A stretch of 64,000 nucleotides of DNA. Origin: Ascidiella aspersa. Taxonomy: Eukaryota. This document shows, piece by piece, positions 59,032 to 64,000 of the stretch. The notes below the pieces were generated by a model. It searched no databases and was not told the DNA's origin. It saw only the letters and a program-made list of their open reading frames with translations. The stretch is from positions 20,522,001-20,586,000 of the forward strand of contig OZ004609.1 of the NCBI GenBank assembly GCA_963924565.1, given 5' to 3'. The position numbers were made by a program, and so were the translations under genes. Each line of letters begins with the position of its first letter. Position 1 is the first letter of the stretch.

Positions 59032-60711
59032 ATGTCAAAATGGAGCAAGATCTTTGTCGTTGTTTGGGCCATTCTGGTAAACGTACTCATTATGGGACCT
59101 ATCAAATCAATGGGAATATACTTTCTTCCGTTTCAAGTGGATTTAGAATCCAGTGCTAAACAAGTGTCGATGGTATTGTCACTTATTTACGGCACCTACT
59201 TTCTAACTGGTAAGTTTTGTGTTGTCCTAGCGCTTATTTGTGAATTAACTTGCTGGTAAACTGTCCCCCGAAACTAACTAGTAACTAGAAGGAATTTTAT
59301 TTACTGCAACAGATAGACTCAATCAATGCTGATATGGGCGTTTGTCATATTTAAAAACACATTGTACTATATGACCAGCAATATTATAAGTAGTCCAACC
59401 ATGGAGAATTGCTGCAGGGCCACTGGCAACGATCTCTTGTAACCTTATTGGTTATAAGAAGACCTCTTTGCTGGGTACGATGGTGGCTGGTTTAGGCACT
59501 TGCGTGTCATGCCTTGCACCATCGATAGAAGTCGTGTACGTCACACTTGGATTATGTATAGGTATGTTGTTTGCTTTACGAAACAGCGTGTTAATATTTT
59601 ATTAAAGGGTGTGCATTTCACTAGTAAAAGTAGCCTGCTACAGGTCGACTAAGAAATATTTTAGCTAGTTTAACGTGTAAGCCCCTTTGATAATAACTTG
59701 TCTAAAATGGAGCTATTTTGACATTTTACTGAGGTGTTTTTTTATTGTTACATTATAGGATCGGGCGGATGTCTGGCAATAACGCCAACCTACGCTGTCG
59801 TCGGGCAACTTTTCACTGACAAGCGACCGTTAGTAAACAACCTGGTGACGATGGGCAGCGCGTTATCCAGCATTCCTCTCGGCTTGCTTGGGCAGGTTTG
59901 GATCGATGCGTATGGCTGGCGCGGCTCAGTTCTGTTGATGGGCGGATTGCTGCTGAACGCCTTGCCTTGTTCGCTAGCTATGATGAACGTTGCTGCTCGA
60001 TGCGACGCTACAATGTTTGCCAGTAAGCGGAAGCTGTTTGACACCGAGTTGATCAAGTCACCACGCTTTATATTGTATTGCGTGGCATGCGGTTTTCACG
60101 TGGCTAGCATGGTGATTATTTCTACTTACTTGATTCGATATGCGCAGTCGCGCGACATTAACGATTTAGCGGCGGCCGGACTGTCCTCTATTATTGGCGC
60201 CGTTGATATCACTCTGAAACCGATATTTGGTTATTTAATGAGCCTGCCGAAAATATGTCGGATTTCTGTCAACCGCTCGTACTTTTTTGCTTCCAGCGTT
60301 TTGGTACAGTCTGTAATTACACTAATGCTCCCTTTTACAATAGAATACGTTCACATAGCTGTTGTGGTGGTCGGCTACGCAACCTGTATTGGTGTATGTG
60401 GAGCCTTGCCGATCACTGTGCTTTCTGACTTGTTTGGTCCCGAAAAACTGCCTACGTCACTTGGCGTGCGAGCACTTATAGTGGGCACTTTTGCTCTGTC
60501 TTCACCCCCGCTAGTTGGCTTTGCAGTGGATGCAAGTGGTAGATATTCGACCCCATTTTACGTGAGCTCCGGAGCCGCGGCGTGCTGCGGAATCCTTTTA
60601 TTATACGTTGTTTGTATCATGACAAAAAAAGAACACAATGAAAATAGTTCAGATCGCGTTATAGAAATTAGGGAAAGTCCAATAAAAAGGGACTCGCCGA
60701 GTACACAATAG
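59032..60711 (+). CDS. Major facilitator superfamily transporter, monocarboxylate transporter (SLC16/MCT)-like, ~424 aa
   Basis: Exons 59032-59209, 59418-59561, 59759-60711 (1275 nt, in frame). About 12 hydrophobic segments. MCT-like motifs GQLFTDKRPLVN, YGWRGSVLLMGGLLLN, DLFGPEKL and PPLVGFAVD. Confidence 0.88.
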
Positions 60712-61481
60712 AATTCCTAGAAAACAAAATTTAAATTGTTAATTTAATATTGATTGTGTTACGAACTTGGATTTACCTGCTTTTCGTCATTTGAAGTCGT
60801 TTTTTCGCTCAGTGTTTGTTTTGGAATAATCGCAATGCGGGCCAATAGTCGTTTATCGGCCAAATTGTATCAAGATGTTCGTGACATTTTGGTTGTTATT
60901 AACGTAATAATTACTCTATTTTTTGCAAATACGAAAGTGAAATGATCCTGAAATAATTCCACGTGAGACTAAAATTCCGCTGAACAAAGGATTGTGTAGT
61001 GACCACAGACAAAATGTTTAAAATCGACTTATCTTCAACAACTAGAAATGCACAGTTAAAGTGATTAGTGTTCATATTTTAGGACCAAAAACAACAAACA
61101 ATAGTGTCGGAGAAGAATATATAGCCAACTTTCAGTAACCTTGAATGTAACGAACATACTTTTATAGTGGTGGCACTATCTGCGCTGACATGCCTACGAT
61201 AGATAGACTTGAGATTTGGCACAGTTTTAAATTTTGTCCAACTTGATTGCTGTGTACTTCCCCCCGTATATTTTTCTTTAATTTTAAGACGTATAATTTT
61301 AAAATTATTGCTATTTACGTTTAGAATGTGCTCTTCAACCAGTGAGTCGTGAAGCTATTTCAGGTGGTCGCGAAGCCTTTTCAAATGTTACAGTTTTCTA
61401 TTAGATCGGGAAATTATTGCATCATCATTACGTAACATTTATGCAACAGTATTACAAATACGTAACAATTAGATGTGTTGT

Positions 61482-61672
61482 CAATTATAAAGAGGGTTCT
61501 TTCGGCAATTATTTATTCTGTGCCGACGTTTCAAAAATTAACCTATCCAGGTAATCTTCATCAGGGCATATGCCTGGATATAAATAGGTTATCGAAACGC
61601 CGCACAGAATAAATAATTGTCGGAAGAACCCTCCTTATAATTGATATTATGCCTGGCAGCAACAGTATATTT
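61482..61672 (+). mobile_element. Non-coding Penelope-derived hairpin mini-element
   Basis: 14-bp TSD ATTAGATGTGTTGT (61468-61481, 61673-61686). Internal inverted repeat ~61482-61550 / ~61572-61643. 3' tail ATGCCTGGCAGCAACAGT is shared with the PLE at 15 kb. Confidence 0.8.
61521..61568 (-). ncRNA. Minimal type I hammerhead ribozyme
   Basis: Minus strand: TGCC-CTGATGA-a-gattacct-ggat-aggttaattttt-GAAAC-GTC-GGCA. Stem I TGCC/GGCA is perfect, the core CUGAUGA/GAAA is canonical and the cleavage triplet is GUC. Confidence 0.8.
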
Positions 61673-63458
61673 ATTAGATGTGTTGTGGCGCATTACCTAT
61701 TTCAGTACGTACGCCAGTAATAAAGATGCAGGTTTTACGTAACTTTATTTGTTTGGTCAGATCTCATTTAGGGTCGCACAACAAAAAACATTAAAAGTGA
61801 GTCGCGAACTGAAAAAGGTTGGGAAGGACTACCTTGGATGACGACATGGTTAGAAGTCCTAAATACGCCGAATTTGTTACTTAACATCCATTTTAGATTA
61901 TCGTATTCACTTTTTAATTAATTTCAAAAAGGACTTTTGTTTTTAGAATTAGCCAAATATTCCACTTGAGCTATGACGTCACAACTTTTTTCGTATTTCC
62001 CAATATAGAAAGTAAAAAGCAATAAAATGCAGTATAATGACTTTAATGACGTAACAAATCCACCGATTTCGAAACGATTAAAAATGAATTTAAAAGTAGA
62101 ACTCAAATTGAAAAAAAATTTAAATGTCTTTTTAGAAAGTTTTAAAGTTATTATTAACAACAAGTTAAAGTGAGGATTATATATTTAATATTAGACAAGA
62201 TCAACTTAATTTTAAGTCGGTATTTTAAATACTGTGTCACCTATTGTACGAGCATCTTGCAAAATCTAATACAAATCTCAACGTTGGCGAGTTGAGGCAA
62301 AAGATTAAACACTTAAATAATGCAAGTGACTCACTCAAAACTTTACTTAAATGTAACGAAAGGTAACACCCGTCCTGCTATAGTAAGTTTAATAAAGAAA
62401 AGTTGAACCGAATGCAACAAAAAAATAAAAATGGGCTAGTAAGAGGTTTGGCGACAGTGGAATCTTATTCAAAGAAAACAAGAAAGAATTTTAAAAATAT
62501 TGTTGCAAGTTTACAATGTGTTTTCTTTGAAATGGAAAACTCTCTAAAAGAAATAAAGATGCATGTTCTCAAGTGACAAAATTATCAAACACAAAAAATG
62601 ATTTTTAACATTTGCAAACAACCAACGCAGAAAAAATGGCAACCAGTGTCAGTAATCGTACAGACGTACACTTATATCTTAGTTAGGTAAAACATCTATG
62701 CCGTTGTCTGCAGATCTCGGTTCATTAGAAGTCATATATAATAATAAATGCTATAATGAATTCAAACAAAAGTATGAAAAAAATTCGGCTTATACAACTA
62801 AGAATGAATCAGATTAGAACTTCTACTGTTTCTTAGCACTAAAAAAGGTTTCTGAGAAAAAAATCAAGATACACGCCATAATGAACACCTGTGCCAAAAA
62901 TGCCACGTCTACCTATCGTATGCATGCCAGAAGGATTTTTTGACACATACAGTAGCTTCCCCACTAGTTATGGGGCTTCAATACACATAACTGTTTTGGC
63001 CAACTCAAATATATAAGTTGAAAGATTTCGGCGAGTTGTGGCAATAACGATGTCGCTATAGCGTTTTTAATTTAAATAAGGGCATTTAACATTTTTTTAA
63101 GGTTTCTTGTGTAATAAACATTGCGGGGTCAGTATTTACCGCTTACCTTGTGGATGGAGGCTTAAACGTTTTATTAACACACTGGGATAAATTAGCGACC
63201 TTCTTTAACTAACAAGAAATTCGTAAAGGGAAAAAATTATGGTGATTTTTTAGTAAAAAAATGTTTAAAACAGAACAAAACGACTTGTTTTTTTATACAT
63301 CAAAAAATTAGCAACTAACAAAAGTCATGCTGCATTCTTTCAACGGAACATCCAAGGAGCCCCTTCACTTTCCTATTCTCGTTTTTCTCCAAGGAGCCCC
63401 TTCACTTTCCGATTCAAGCACAAAAAAATGACTACGCGAATACACATGTGAAGCGGAG

Positions 63459-63607
63459 TTAGTCCTCGTTTTTCTCCTGATCGGAGTCGTTCCACCATTG
63501 GTCGAATCCAGTCGATAAAGTCACGCGGCGTTCACGGTCCGCCGCCGTCGACTGGTCGTCGCTGCTCTCGCCCAGTATTTGTGAGAGTCGCCCTGTGCTT
63601 GCTGCGC
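63459..63607 (-). CDS. Probable terminal coding exon of an unidentified gene extending beyond the window
   Basis: Acceptor TTTTCTGACAG, then a GC-rich open frame (G)AASTGRLSQILGESSDDQSTAADRERRVTLSTGFDQWWNDSDQEKNED* within AT-rich flanks. The reading frame is a best guess. Confidence 0.45.
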
Positions 63608-64000
63608 CTGTCAGAAAAGCAGGGTCATTTTACACAAAAATAGAGAATAACCGCATTGCTAAGAAGTTATTTACACCAACCAAACTCCCCAAATCGTCAA
63701 ACCAGGAATAGACGGCCGGCTTCTGATATTTTGTCGAGTTTGTTACTTTATCAAAGTAAAATAAGTAAATTGTGCTTTTTTGGTTGGGCCTTTTATCGCG
63801 GTTACGTTTCGACAGTTAAATGTTAGGATTTATGGAAACATTTATTATCTCTTTACCCACTAATTAAAAAATACAAAACCACACACAAAAATAGATAGAA
63901 CTATTTGAACGAATTCTGCTCCGTCCTGTACAGGCTGTGGTATTTATTACATGCTCTACCATGAACTTTAACCGTACATCATGCGACAAAACAGTTAGGT

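Larger units (their letters stand above)
61328..61831. mobile_element. Degenerate hAT-type MITE (GGGTCGC family) hosting the hammerhead mini-element
   Basis: Termini GTGCTCTTCAACC... / ...GGTTGGGAAGGAC with GTCGC subterminal motifs similar to 18580-19229. Confidence 0.55.

Overview
AT-rich, intron-containing animal DNA. It is an invertebrate, and plausibly a tunicate/ascidian (inference only, from compact introns and chordate-like orthologues). Most entries in the six-frame ORF track are spurious or single exons. In order, the window holds: (1) the last three coding exons of a PSKH1-type Ser/Thr kinase (+, 2407-10021); (2) a 5'-truncated, frameshifted Penelope-like retroelement (RT + GIY-YIG) with an inverted pseudo-LTR, hammerhead-like cores and a 12-bp TSD (15224-17168); (3) a three-element nest of hAT-type MITEs, each with an 8-bp TSD; (4) the most striking feature, a head-to-head pair of paralogous genes for large secreted proteins built from tandem 10-Cys Ly6/uPAR (three-finger)-like domains separated by Thr/Ser-rich mucin-like linkers. 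Gene A is on the - strand (13 exons, 6 domains, ~1001 aa) and gene B on the + strand (17 exons, 8 domains, ~1193 aa). Both were assembled by hand with fully consistent exon phases, and neither has a TM or GPI tail; (5) a complete 12-exon GTPBP1 gene (-) with a GC-AG intron; (6) a ~1.1-kb foldback containing a hairpinned SINE fragment; (7) a 3-exon SLC16/MCT-like MFS transporter (+); (8) a ~190-bp TSD-flanked hairpin mini-element with an intact-looking minimal hammerhead ribozyme and the same 3' tail as the Penelope element; (9) a probable terminal exon of another gene at the right edge.
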